From positions 1 through 64,000 of the IMG/VR virus record IMGVR_UViG_3300016478_000246: a stretch of DNA of 64,000 bases; one strand, 5' to 3'. This DNA comes from a virus. Both the position numbers and the translations under genes were made by a program. Shown one piece after another: positions 18,473 through 27,776 of this stretch. Each line of letters opens with the position of its first letter. Position 1 is the first letter of the stretch. The notes under the pieces were generated by a model. It was not told the DNA's origin and ran no database searches. It worked only from the letters and a program-made list of their open reading frames with translations.

Positions 18473-21313
18473 ATGGCAAAGATTAAAAAAATAAAAGAGG
18501 GTACAGCAACAGTGTACCCTGCAACAATTCCTCAAGCTGTAATAGACCCAACTTCTGGCAAGTCTGTTAGAACTGAGTTGAATGAAAAAGAGGCTGTTGC
18601 TAATAAAAAGCAAACAGTAACAAACAGTGCTACAGATTATCCAAGTGGAGCTGCTGTGACTGCATCTCTTGCTTTAAAAACAGATATATCAGAACTAAAT
18701 AAAGTTTACCCTCTGTATAACTATAACGTAAGAGTTGGAGCTGATTCAGGTAGTATTGGTAATGTAGAAAAACTTACTAAACTCTACAATGAGAATTTAG
18801 CATTACTTGATTCAACCGTATTCCTGTGGTCAGGTGTTGCAGGTATGAAAACCCGTACATCAGGGAGTAATATCTTTGCTTCTAAGCTGTACAATATGGC
18901 TAACAAGGTGCAGCAGTTTGGTGCTGAATTGGTAACGAATGGAACGTTTACTACTAATACAACGGGGTGGTCGTCCGTCGCTGGGGCAGAATTGTTGGTT
19001 GATACGAATAGATTAAAGGTCACTGTTGGCTCAGCATTTGGAGGTGCATCTCAAATAGTAACTACGATTATCGGGAAAAGGTATCATTTTACAGCGTCGT
19101 ATGTTCGTGGAAACGCGGATGCAAGAATGGCTGTTGGAACAACTATAACAGGAAGAGAACTATGTGACACTGGTGTTTTGACAACAGATAAAACAGTAAC
19201 ACTTTCTTTTGTAGCAACAACTACTACATCATATATTTACATTAGTAATGCTTCGGCAAATATTGGAGATTATGTCTTTTTCGACAACATCTCCATCAAG
19301 CAAATGGACTGGGTAGAAGGAACAAACGATGCTATCCAAACCACAGGAGCCAATCAGCCGTATGTTGGTGGACTGATTGCACCAAATGAAGCTGCAAAAT
19401 TAAAATTTATGGGGAGCAATTTAACAAAAATACCATTCACGCCTGTTATTCTTTCCCCTAATAGTAATTTTACATTATCCGTTTGTGTAAAATTTTATAA
19501 AATAGGTGATTACACTCAAACACCGCTTTTCCCTGATAGGGGAAGTTCAGGATTGTATATTTCAAATGATAGTCAGCGTTTGTATGGATTTAGATTCCAC
19601 GACACAGATTTTCGGGACTTTTCATTTGGAGTATCTTCAATTCCGTACCGAAATAAATATGTTGCCATTTCTATGACTAAGGTAGGTGATGTTTTGTCAT
19701 TGTATATAAATGGAGAATTAAAATCATCTATAACAACAACAACATCTACAACAAATTTTGAATTTTATAATTTTCCATACTCAGGTGCGGCATCCATTCA
19801 AGGCTTGATGGATATATCTTATTATACTCTTCATTCCCGCGCCCTATCCGCTTCCGAAATTCAAGCACAGCACGACTACCTTCGCTTACAAATCCCTGAA
19901 ATTGAAGGAATAGCAATAGGTAATCAGTATTGGACAACTTCAAATTATGAAGGAGTTGTTGCTGGGGATGGGAGTGTGATACCGGAGGTGCAGGCTGCTG
20001 CAAACGTTAACACAATGACAAATGGTGATTTTGTTAGCAGTGATATTTCAGCTTGGACTAATAGAACTCGCTGTACTATGACATGGAACGTCGGAGAATA
20101 TGTTGAGGTTGTATCTACAGGTACTGGTGATTTTGCTATTGGTCGTGGTGCAATGTTGACAGATTATCAGAACAAATGGCACAAAATAACTTTCAGGGCA
20201 AAGTCGCCAAACAGTACAGATGTACCTAAGTTACTACAAACTACCCACTATACAAATATCTTATGGGTTAAACGACCTGCATTGTCAACTTCATGGCAAG
20301 AATATGAGGTATTGGCATATGCTTTCAATGCTGCTAATACTATTTTTTATCCGGTTTCGTCTGGCGCAATCATTGGAACTCAAGTTGATATAGATGATAT
20401 AGTCGACCAAACAGTCGGCTGGTCTGGTGCAACAGCACTATACGATGCTATCTACGCTCAAACCTCAGGCACAGCAGCAGCAAAAGAACTTGCAGCATTG
20501 AAGGCAGCAGCTATGTGGTGTTATTATAACAACGATGTAAATAATGGTGCGATTTATGGCAAGCTGTATAACTGGTATGCTGTTAAATTGATTTCATTGT
20601 ATCCACCGCAAGGATGGAGAGTTCCTACAAGTGCTGACTTTACACAACTTTCTAATTATTTAGGAGGTAGTACTGTTGCGGGCGGTAAGATTAAAAAAGA
20701 AGGTTTAGCTTACTGGGCGTCACCGAATACAGGAGCTACAAATGAAAGTGGATTAAGTCTTATCCCTAATGGTTACAGGTCTATTGTTGGAGTATTTACT
20801 TCACAAACAACACGTTCAGCTGCTTGGGGAGTAGATATAGCACCTGTATTAGTTGCACCTGCTATAGTTACATATGCTTCAGATGCAACAATTAATTTAG
20901 CATCAAATGATAACAAACTACAGGGGTTTGGCCTCCGCCTACTTCGCAACTCACCGGTAGGCCCGAATGAACGAATGGAAACAAGCGGAGTATTTGACAC
21001 TAACATTGCATCGACCGCAAAACAGGTTCCTATCAGCTTCGGTTATACGGTTGATTGTATTAGAATTACTAATCTGCAACCATCAGGAGGAACAAATCTT
21101 ACCAACGTAGAGGCAAAACTTCACAACGCATCCGGTACAGCAATCGCTACACTGATAACAGGTAAAACTGTGAACGTAGCTTCGACAATGGTTTATAACA
21201 TATCAGCCGAACACGCAGCGATGTTGCAGGATGGAACGATTCGAGTAACGGCAACAGGCAACTTATCTCCAGGTATGATTATAGAAGTAGTATTAAAGAA
21301 AGCAACATTTTAA
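18473..21313 (+). CDS. Fibre/adhesin with CBM-like, LamG-like and Fib_succ_major-like domains
   Basis: ELVTNGTF..FDNISIK; LYINGEL..RALSASEI; IGNQYW..YGKLYNWYAV..PQGWRVPT. Confidence 0.75.
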   Translation: MAKIKKIKEGTATVYPATIPQAVIDPTSGKSVRTELNEKEAVANKKQTVTNSATDYPSGAAVTASLALKTDISELNKVYPLYNYNVRVGADSGSIGNVEKLTKLYNENLALLDSTVFLWSGVAGMKTRTSGSNIFASKLYNMANKVQQFGAELVTNGTFTTNTTGWSSVAGAELLVDTNRLKVTVGSAFGGASQIVTTIIGKRYHFTASYVRGNADARMAVGTTITGRELCDTGVLTTDKTVTLSFVATTTTSYIYISNASANIGDYVFFDNISIKQMDWVEGTNDAIQTTGANQPYVGGLIAPNEAAKLKFMGSNLTKIPFTPVILSPNSNFTLSVCVKFYKIGDYTQTPLFPDRGSSGLYISNDSQRLYGFRFHDTDFRDFSFGVSSIPYRNKYVAISMTKVGDVLSLYINGELKSSITTTTSTTNFEFYNFPYSGAASIQGLMDISYYTLHSRALSASEIQAQHDYLRLQIPEIEGIAIGNQYWTTSNYEGVVAGDGSVIPEVQAAANVNTMTNGDFVSSDISAWTNRTRCTMTWNVGEYVEVVSTGTGDFAIGRGAMLTDYQNKWHKITFRAKSPNSTDVPKLLQTTHYTNILWVKRPALSTSWQEYEVLAYAFNAANTIFYPVSSGAIIGTQVDIDDIVDQTVGWSGATALYDAIYAQTSGTAAAKELAALKAAAMWCYYNNDVNNGAIYGKLYNWYAVKLISLYPPQGWRVPTSADFTQLSNYLGGSTVAGGKIKKEGLAYWASPNTGATNESGLSLIPNGYRSIVGVFTSQTTRSAAWGVDIAPVLVAPAIVTYASDATINLASNDNKLQGFGLRLLRNSPVGPNERMETSGVFDTNIASTAKQVPISFGYTVDCIRITNLQPSGGTNLTNVEAKLHNASGTAIATLITGKTVNVASTMVYNISAEHAAMLQDGTIRVTATGNLSPGMIIEVVLKKATF

Positions 21314-21357
21314 TTAATCAGGGGAGTTGAAATATACTCCCCATTAAAAGTACAAAT

Positions 21358-21597
21358 ATGATTAAGAAAAGCATTATACGAGAAGACGGATACAATATAG
21401 CTATTGTAAAAAGTATCTACATCGAGACAGGCGATTTGGTAGCTACACTACAAGAGGTTACAACTGATGAAGAAGGTAATGAAACCATTGTTAAAGAAGA
21501 CCATAATATTGTATTGCCGGCCGGAACAATCGAGTTAACACCAGAAGAGTCAGAAGAATTAAATCCACAACCTGTAACAGAACAAACGGAGATATAA
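21358..21597 (+). CDS. Acidic hypothetical protein (fibre-associated?)
   Basis: 79-aa ORF after the fibre genes. Confidence 0.65.
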   Translation: MIKKSIIREDGYNIAIVKSIYIETGDLVATLQEVTTDEEGNETIVKEDHNIVLPAGTIELTPEESEELNPQPVTEQTEI

Positions 21598-21598
21598 T

Positions 21599-21757
21599 AT
21601 GGAAGAGATGTTCATTCAAGCATTAGCTACAAGAAGTCATACAGAAGCAGGCTTACTTGACAAATTACCCGAAGATGTAAAGGTATTAGTAGAAGAAAAA
21701 CTTACAACTGAAATTCAAGATGCAGAAGTTATTACAGATAGTGAATTGGTTGAGTAA
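21599..21757 (+). CDS. 52-aa acidic protein (below ORF-track cutoff)
   Basis: MEEMFIQALATRSHTEAGLLDKLPEDVK...ELVE*; starts 1 nt after the previous stop and fills the gap. Confidence 0.6.
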   Translation: MEEMFIQALATRSHTEAGLLDKLPEDVKVLVEEKLTTEIQDAEVITDSELVE

Positions 21758-22040
21758 GCTAACAGGGATTAGAGGAGATTACATACTCCATTTTGGGGTG
21801 TGTTTTCTCTCTACCTCAATCATCGGGATTTTATCATTCTTAGTAGTTAATCACTTCTTGGGATATACTCCAGCTTTAGTGGCAAGTCTATTCGGAGCTG
21901 TATTTGCCCTTGGACTTGGAATAGGGAAGGAGTCTGGAGATAAGAATAATCCAGGTAGTGGCTGGAGCTGGGGAGATTTAGTGGCTGATGGATTGGGGAT
22001 TGTGGTTGGTATTTTAGTCAATCTGTTGATATTAATATAA
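21720..22040 (+). CDS. Three-TM membrane protein (VanZ/YfiM-like pattern; possible holin)
   Basis: DYILHF..GKE..D..WSWGDLVAD with three hydrophobic segments. Confidence 0.6.
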   Translation: MQKLLQIVNWLSKLTGIRGDYILHFGVCFLSTSIIGILSFLVVNHFLGYTPALVASLFGAVFALGLGIGKESGDKNNPGSGWSWGDLVADGLGIVVGILVNLLILI

Positions 22041-22052
22041 TAAACAATATAT

Positions 22053-22427
22053 ATGAGTTTAATACAAAGAATTGGCACTGATGCGTGGCGAAGATACGTA
22101 GAGAATAAGCCAAATTTTATAGATTTAGAAACGGTGCCACGTCAGCAAATAGGGACAGCAACAAATAACACCACATTTCAAGATGATGGAACAATGGTGT
22201 TAAACGGGACTGCAACAGTGTTTGACGACTTGACAGAAGATATTACGCGCACAAAAACAGTTGGCACCACTGTTACAGTAAACGATACTGAACTTTGCAT
22301 CGCAATGACCGATACATCAACTGCGTTTGCAGGGGCCGACACTTATTCGGGCACGGTTAATGTAACATCCGTGGATTGCCACTATGAAATAAATAGCATG
22401 GGCAGTAAGGAGGAGTATGTTAAGTAG
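22053..22427 (+). CDS. Hypothetical virion-associated protein
   Basis: 124 aa; DGT..GTATVFDDL..DTY..DCHY..GS.EEY. Confidence 0.6.
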   Translation: MSLIQRIGTDAWRRYVENKPNFIDLETVPRQQIGTATNNTTFQDDGTMVLNGTATVFDDLTEDITRTKTVGTTVTVNDTELCIAMTDTSTAFAGADTYSGTVNVTSVDCHYEINSMGSKEEYVK

Positions 22428-22440
22428 TTTTAGTTTAAAG

Positions 22441-23052
22441 ATGTATCGAGTGCTTGTGCCTTTATTTTTGGTGTTAGTACTCGGTATTTGGACTGCATGG
22501 ATTTCTGGCGAAAACAAGCGACTGGAGGAGCTCTATAAAATAAGTCAAAACAATGTAATCGCATATTCAATGGAGAACGATACTTTGAAAAATGAGAATG
22601 GGATATTTAAGCTAACGATAGATGAACTTAAAAATTCAAAAGACTCAACGATTCAACTAATTAATAAGTTAAGAAAAGAGGCTGGCATCAAAGATAAGCG
22701 TATAAAAGACTTAGAATACATTGTTTCTCAGTCAAGAAGGAATGACACTATAACTCTCAAGGATACCGTGTTTGTTGAAGACTTAGAGCTTGATACGGTG
22801 ATTGCTGACAAACACTCAAGACTTGAGTTGAAGCTTAAATACCCCAATATAATTGAAGTAGATAGGTCTTTCACCAATGAGTTTGTAATAATCAATCACC
22901 TTAAAAAAGAGTTTGCCTCTGAGCCAAGTAAAGTGTTTTTTATACGATGGTTTCAAAAGAAGATTGATGTTCTTACAACAACAATAAAAGACTTAAATCC
23001 ATACTCAACAATAAAACAATACAAACAAATTGAAATTATAAACAATGATTGA
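22441..23052 (+). CDS. N-terminal TM plus coiled-coil protein (spanin-like)
   Basis: Likely start ATG 22441; TM helix followed by heptad repeats. Confidence 0.55.
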   Translation: MYRVLVPLFLVLVLGIWTAWISGENKRLEELYKISQNNVIAYSMENDTLKNENGIFKLTIDELKNSKDSTIQLINKLRKEAGIKDKRIKDLEYIVSQSRRNDTITLKDTVFVEDLELDTVIADKHSRLELKLKYPNIIEVDRSFTNEFVIINHLKKEFASEPSKVFFIRWFQKKIDVLTTTIKDLNPYSTIKQYKQIEIINND

Positions 23053-23350
23053 ATACGCTATTAATGGGGTCATAACGCTTTCCGTGGCATATGCAAGCTA
23101 TCTTTTTGGCAGGCGAAAGATGCAGGCCGAGGTGAGAAAGATAGAGGCTGAGATTGAGTCTGAAGAGACTGACACGGCAGAGAGGATTGTTAAGTTCTAC
23201 AAGACTGAGATTGAATCTATGCTTAATACTATTGAGCAGCTCCGCCAGAAGATAAATGTCTTGGAGAAAATGGTTCATGATTTATCAGAGAAACAGTGCC
23301 AAATCTCGAACTGCCCAGCCAGGCTCGCATTTGATGATGATAAAAAATAG
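23045..23350 (+). CDS. TM plus coiled-coil protein (holin-like)
   Basis: N-terminal hydrophobic helix, RRK, coiled coil, C-terminal CxxxxC. Confidence 0.55.
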   Translation: MIEYAINGVITLSVAYASYLFGRRKMQAEVRKIEAEIESEETDTAERIVKFYKTEIESMLNTIEQLRQKINVLEKMVHDLSEKQCQISNCPARLAFDDDKK

Positions 23351-23392
23351 TCATAAGAGAGGGCATTTATTGTTAACAAATTGAATTACAAA

Positions 23393-23424
23393 TTTGCTAG
23401 TTAAGCTATTTTTACTTATCTTTG
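23393..23424 (+). promoter_or_regulatory. Bacteroidota primary-sigma promoter (capsid operon)
   Basis: TTTG-N20-TATCTTTG. Confidence 0.8.
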
Positions 23425-23453
23425 TTGTAATTTAATTTAGGGAGAAGATTAAA

Positions 23454-24644
23454 ATGAATAAAAATTACAAAGATTTTACACTGTCATTATTTGATGATGA
23501 TGACATTCCAGACATGGATGCTTTAGATATTTTTTCAGGAGCAGACGATGGGGCTGGAGATGATAATGATGATGCGTCAGGTAATGACGATAGTCTGTTT
23601 GACAAAGACAATGATAATGCCGATGCGGACGATGTAGACCCGGATAAAATATTCGACTCATCAAATCCGCAGGGGAACGTAGGCGATGGAGATGATAACG
23701 ACAAAAACGATCAGGGAGCCCCTAAGTCCAAAGACAAAGGTTCTTCTCCCACCAAGTCACAATTCTACTCTTCCGCCTTGAAAGCACTAAAGGACGAAGG
23801 GGTTCTTCCTGATCTTGATGATGAATTTATTAAAGATGCAACCGATCCAGACAAGTTTGCCGAAGCAATTGAGAAGCAAGTTGAGGCTCGTCTTGATGCT
23901 GCCACTAAGCGCGTCAAAGAGGCTCTTGACAGCAATGTTAGTACTGATGCTATTAAGCGTTATGAAAATGCAATTGCATATCTTAATGATATTAACGACG
24001 AGACTCTGGAGGCTGAAGATGAAGCAGCGATTGAGGTTCGCAAACAAGTAATCTATCAAGATTATATTAACAAAGGCTTTAAGCCCGAGCGTGCAGAGAA
24101 AGAGGTGGCCAAGTCGTTTAACGCTGGCACTGACATTGAAGACGCAAAGCTTGCCTTAGAAAGCAACAAGGAGTTTTTTACTGAGGAGTACAATAAAGTT
24201 GTTGAAGACAACAAAAATCGTGCTATTCAAGAGAAGACACTGAGGGAGCAAAAAGTCAAGGAGTTTCAAAAGAAAATTCTTGACACCAAAGACCCCTTTG
24301 GAATTAAGTTGGATAATAATACTATCCAGAAGATTTATGAAAATTCAGTAAAGCCTAAACACAAGGTTGATGGCAAAGTGCTGACAGAAGTTCAGAAATA
24401 CTCACATGATAATCCGAGTGATTCGGAGTATTACTTTGGGTTGTTTTACACCATGACTGATGGTTTCAAGAATATTGATAAATTTGTCGGTCAAAAGGTA
24501 AAGCAAAACACCCGTAGTGCATTGCGAGAGTTTGAGCATAAATTACAAAACCTTCCTCTTAATTCTGATGGTAGTGTGGACTTTGGCGATGACTCCAAAG
24601 ACCCTGAATCTTTCTTTGGTAAGGATTTCAAAATTGACATCTAA
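23454..24644 (+). CDS. Acidic scaffold-like protein preceding the MCP
   Basis: D-rich disordered N-terminus, helical body, position immediately before the MCP. Confidence 0.65.
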   Translation: MNKNYKDFTLSLFDDDDIPDMDALDIFSGADDGAGDDNDDASGNDDSLFDKDNDNADADDVDPDKIFDSSNPQGNVGDGDDNDKNDQGAPKSKDKGSSPTKSQFYSSALKALKDEGVLPDLDDEFIKDATDPDKFAEAIEKQVEARLDAATKRVKEALDSNVSTDAIKRYENAIAYLNDINDETLEAEDEAAIEVRKQVIYQDYINKGFKPERAEKEVAKSFNAGTDIEDAKLALESNKEFFTEEYNKVVEDNKNRAIQEKTLREQKVKEFQKKILDTKDPFGIKLDNNTIQKIYENSVKPKHKVDGKVLTEVQKYSHDNPSDSEYYFGLFYTMTDGFKNIDKFVGQKVKQNTRSALREFEHKLQNLPLNSDGSVDFGDDSKDPESFFGKDFKIDI

Positions 24645-24666
24645 CCAATTAAATTAGAATTATATT

Positions 24667-27595
24667 ATGGCAGGACAATTAGGGAAATTCCAAATGTTGG
24701 AGTTTCAGTCATTTCGCGGTCTTTCTAAAGCCAATCACATAGGAGCTTTATACCGCGCACAGCCGCAGAAAGCAACAGACGTAATGATTCAACTGTTGGC
24801 CACTCACCGTGGTAAAACACTGGAAAATTACCTTCGTCAATTCCCAGTCAAATATTTTGACACTGACGACGACTATACTTGGGAAGTAGTTGGTTCTTCG
24901 CGTCGTAACATTCCGCTTGTCGAAGCACGCCATGCAGATGGTAGTGTTGTTGATGGAAGCGAAATGGCAGGCGTCGCTGGAGCACCGTTTTATTTGGTAT
25001 TTGGGGAAGATTGGTTTGCTGACGGTGAAACTATCGTGGGTGAACTCAATGAAATTTACCCAATCCGCATTCTCGCTGAGCCTCGGATGGAGGGTAGCAA
25101 TGCTGTCTATAAAGTAGAAACTTCTGGCGGACTTACCACAGGTATTCCAGCAAGCGAGTTGGCTACTGGAAAACGTTTTAGCTGGGAGTATGCAGCCGTT
25201 GAATCATCTCGCTCTCGTGGTGTTGGTGGTGTTCGGTACTCAACCCCCGTTGCTATGCGTAACGAATGGACTACAGTTCGTATTAAAGAGCGCGTACCTG
25301 GCAATATGCTTAACCGCAAGCTTGCCGTTGGTATCCCCGTAGTAAATAAAGATGGTTCTAAACAGGTTCATTCACTCTGGATGCATCATGTAGACTATCA
25401 GTTGGAAAATACCTTTGCTGAATACAAAGCTAATGCAATTATGTACGGTCGTTCAAACCGTAATAGTAATGGCGAGTATATGAACTTTGGTAAATCTGGT
25501 GAAGTAATTAAGCAAGGAGATGGTCAAATTAAATCCCGAAAGGCCATCGCAGCGTAGTAATATGCTGCTAGAAAATTGAGCAAAAACGGTGAAAGCCTCC
25601 ATAATTGGCTAATACCGTGCTAAGCATAGTAGTTAAAATGACTATGCCAGTGTAACGCATACTGATTGAAAACTCTTAAAGAGAATATAATATCAGCACG
25701 AGTGCTCAACTCCTAATAAATTTAGGATGAAAATATATGCTGAACTCATTCGATGGAAAAGAATGAGAATTATAGGATAAAAAGCCTATAAGATAACAAA
25801 GTGCTTCGGGCGCAAATGGAGGTTGCTAACACAATCTATTACAATGATTTCTCATTGAAATTGATTGAGGACGCCCTCTTTGAACTGTCGGCATCTAAAC
25901 TTGATTATGGCGAACGTAAGTTTGTTCTTCGGACTGGGGAACGTGGGTCAGCCCTTTTCAACAAAGCTGTTAAAGATGTAGTGTCTGGTTGGTACGCAGT
26001 GGGCTTCTATGGCTCAAGCGCTAACAACCCCGCTGTAATCAGTAAGACTCAAAGCAAGCTGCATAGCAATGCCTTGAGCGCAGGATTCCAATTCACCGAG
26101 TACAAAGCTCCTAACGGGCTGGTTATCTCGATTGATGTGGACCCGTTAATTCGTATAGCGGCTTAATCCCGTGAGGGGTTATGAAAAATCAAGCAAAAAC
26201 GGTAAAATCTTTCAAAGTAATATGAGACAATACCGTGCTAAGTTACTCTTGTAAAATTGAGTAGCCAGTGTAACGCATAGGCTGTTGAACCTATAGAAAT
26301 ATAGAATATAATACTAGGCCCACGAGTGCTTGACATCTATTCGTAGATGATGATATATGCTGAACTTACACAATGATAAAGTGTAAGAATCTACTGATAA
26401 AAAGCAGTAGAGGTAACAATATGTATATGACGATCCTGTTCGCAATAAAATCCTCCACCCCTCTGGAGGTCCTGCAATGTCCTATCGTTTTGACATTCTG
26501 TATATCGGTACTTCTGAAGTTCCGAATATCCAGCTTTGCAAAATCAAAGGACAGGAAGAGGTTAAAGGCTATATGTGGGGCTTGAATAAAGTTGCTGCCT
26601 AAGTTTCTTAGGTCTCACATAAAAAATAATGTAGTGAATTGCTGGGAACTCTTTAGAGTCTCAAATACTTAAGTAAAAAAACTTCAATCATTTAGTTATG
26701 GAAGAAATTTGGAAAGACATTGAGGGATTTGAAAATAAATATCAAATCAGCAACCTCGGTAATGTCAAAAGTTTAGACAGATATGATAGTGTTGGCAGAT
26801 TTAAGAAATCTATGCCAAGAAAAAAATCCATTGAAAAAGATGGATATGAGTATATAACATTAATAGCAGACAACAGTAAGACTAAGTCGTTTTTTGTACA
26901 CAGGCTTGTTGCTAATGCTTTTTTAGAATACCCCGATAAAAATGATTTACAAATAAATCATAAAGATGGCAATAAACAAAATAACTCTTTGCCAAATCTT
27001 GAATGGGTAACTGCTAAGGAAAATGTTATTCACTCATGTGCTAATAGATTAAGGCCAATAGGGGAAGATCATCCTAATGCTATTCTAACAAACAAACAAG
27101 TTCTTGAAATACCAAACTTGTTAAAACTTGGATATAGTCAAAAGAAAATATCAGTAATCTATAACGTTTCATACTCTACTATAAAAAACATTTGCCAAAA
27201 GCGCAAATGGATATATTTAAGTAATAATTTTGAGAATTAGACAATCAGCAGCTAAGTCCTTGCGTGAGCAAGGAAAAGTTCAACGACTATTCCGAAAGGA
27301 AGTACGCATCAAGTGATGTGGAAGCGCTACACTTTGTATATAGCGATTATTTATAGCTTAGTTATATACAGGGAAGATATAGTCTGAACACCATCGAGAG
27401 GTGGTGGGGCAATGCCCACTATGATTAACGACCATAGTAAACACAAAAGTAAGAAATCCGTTCACAGGGCAACTTAACAACCCTCACATGTCGTTTGATA
27501 CCGACGAGGCCGAAATTCACAAAATGGCAACTCTTGGGGTGGTAGTGTTTGACCCTACCCGCACCATGAGTATCATCCCATCAATCTTGGGATAA
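24667..27595 (+). CDS. Major capsid protein: join(24667..25524,25804..26146,26424..26582,27450..27595), 501 aa
   Basis: Splicing gives IKQGDG|LRAQM, VDP-L|YDDPVRNK and MWG-L|RNPFTG as one continuous crAss-MCP-like frame of 1506 nt. Confidence 0.9.
25525..25803 (+). mobile_element. Group I intron MCP-I1 (279 nt, no ORF)
   Basis: P1 GAUGGU/GCCAUC with U-G; TGTAACGCATA..ATATATGCTGAAC core; terminal G. Confidence 0.88.
26147..26423 (+). mobile_element. Group I intron MCP-I2 (277 nt, no ORF)
   Basis: P1 CCGU/GCGG with U-G; same core as I1; terminal G. Confidence 0.88.
26583..27449 (+). mobile_element. Group I intron MCP-I3 (867 nt) carrying a homing endonuclease
   Basis: P1 UGUGGGGCU/GGUCUCACA; GAATTGCTGGGAA, AATCAGCAGC, GTTCAACGACTA and AAGATATAGTCTGAAC core motifs; terminal G. 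Confidence 0.9.
26698..27240 (+). CDS. NUMOD4-HNH homing endonuclease (intron-encoded)
   Basis: EIWKDIEGFENKYQISNLGNVKS; VHRLVA..INHKDGNKQNN..NLEW; C-terminal HTH. Confidence 0.92.
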   Translation: MEEIWKDIEGFENKYQISNLGNVKSLDRYDSVGRFKKSMPRKKSIEKDGYEYITLIADNSKTKSFFVHRLVANAFLEYPDKNDLQINHKDGNKQNNSLPNLEWVTAKENVIHSCANRLRPIGEDHPNAILTNKQVLEIPNLLKLGYSQKKISVIYNVSYSTIKNICQKRKWIYLSNNFEN

Positions 27596-27643
27596 AATAA
27601 ATAATCCAGGGGTGGACTTCACAGTCCCCCCCCCTGGTCTTAT

Positions 27644-27728
27644 GGAGAGGTGGCAGAGTGGCTTAATGCATCTGTCTTGAAAACAGACGTACCGCAAGGT
27701 ACCGGGGGTTCGACTCCCTCCTTCTCCG
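27644..27728 (+). tRNA. tRNA-Ser (TGA)
   Basis: GGAGAGG/CTTCTCC acceptor stem, TCTGT-CTTGAAA-ACAGA anticodon arm, long variable arm GTACCGCAAGGTAC. Confidence 0.93.
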
Positions 27729-27776
27729 CAACGTGGGATTAACCCATAAACTATTTTAAACATTTAAGGGAGAGAA

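Noticed and set aside
14155-21313. Diversity-generating retroelement targeting the fibre genes
   Set aside because: No reverse transcriptase and no adenine-mismatched TR/VR repeat pair seen in the window; one outside the window cannot be excluded.
26373-26585. 70-aa ORF from the track
   Set aside because: Wrong frame; the coding frame here is MCP exon 3 (26424-26582).
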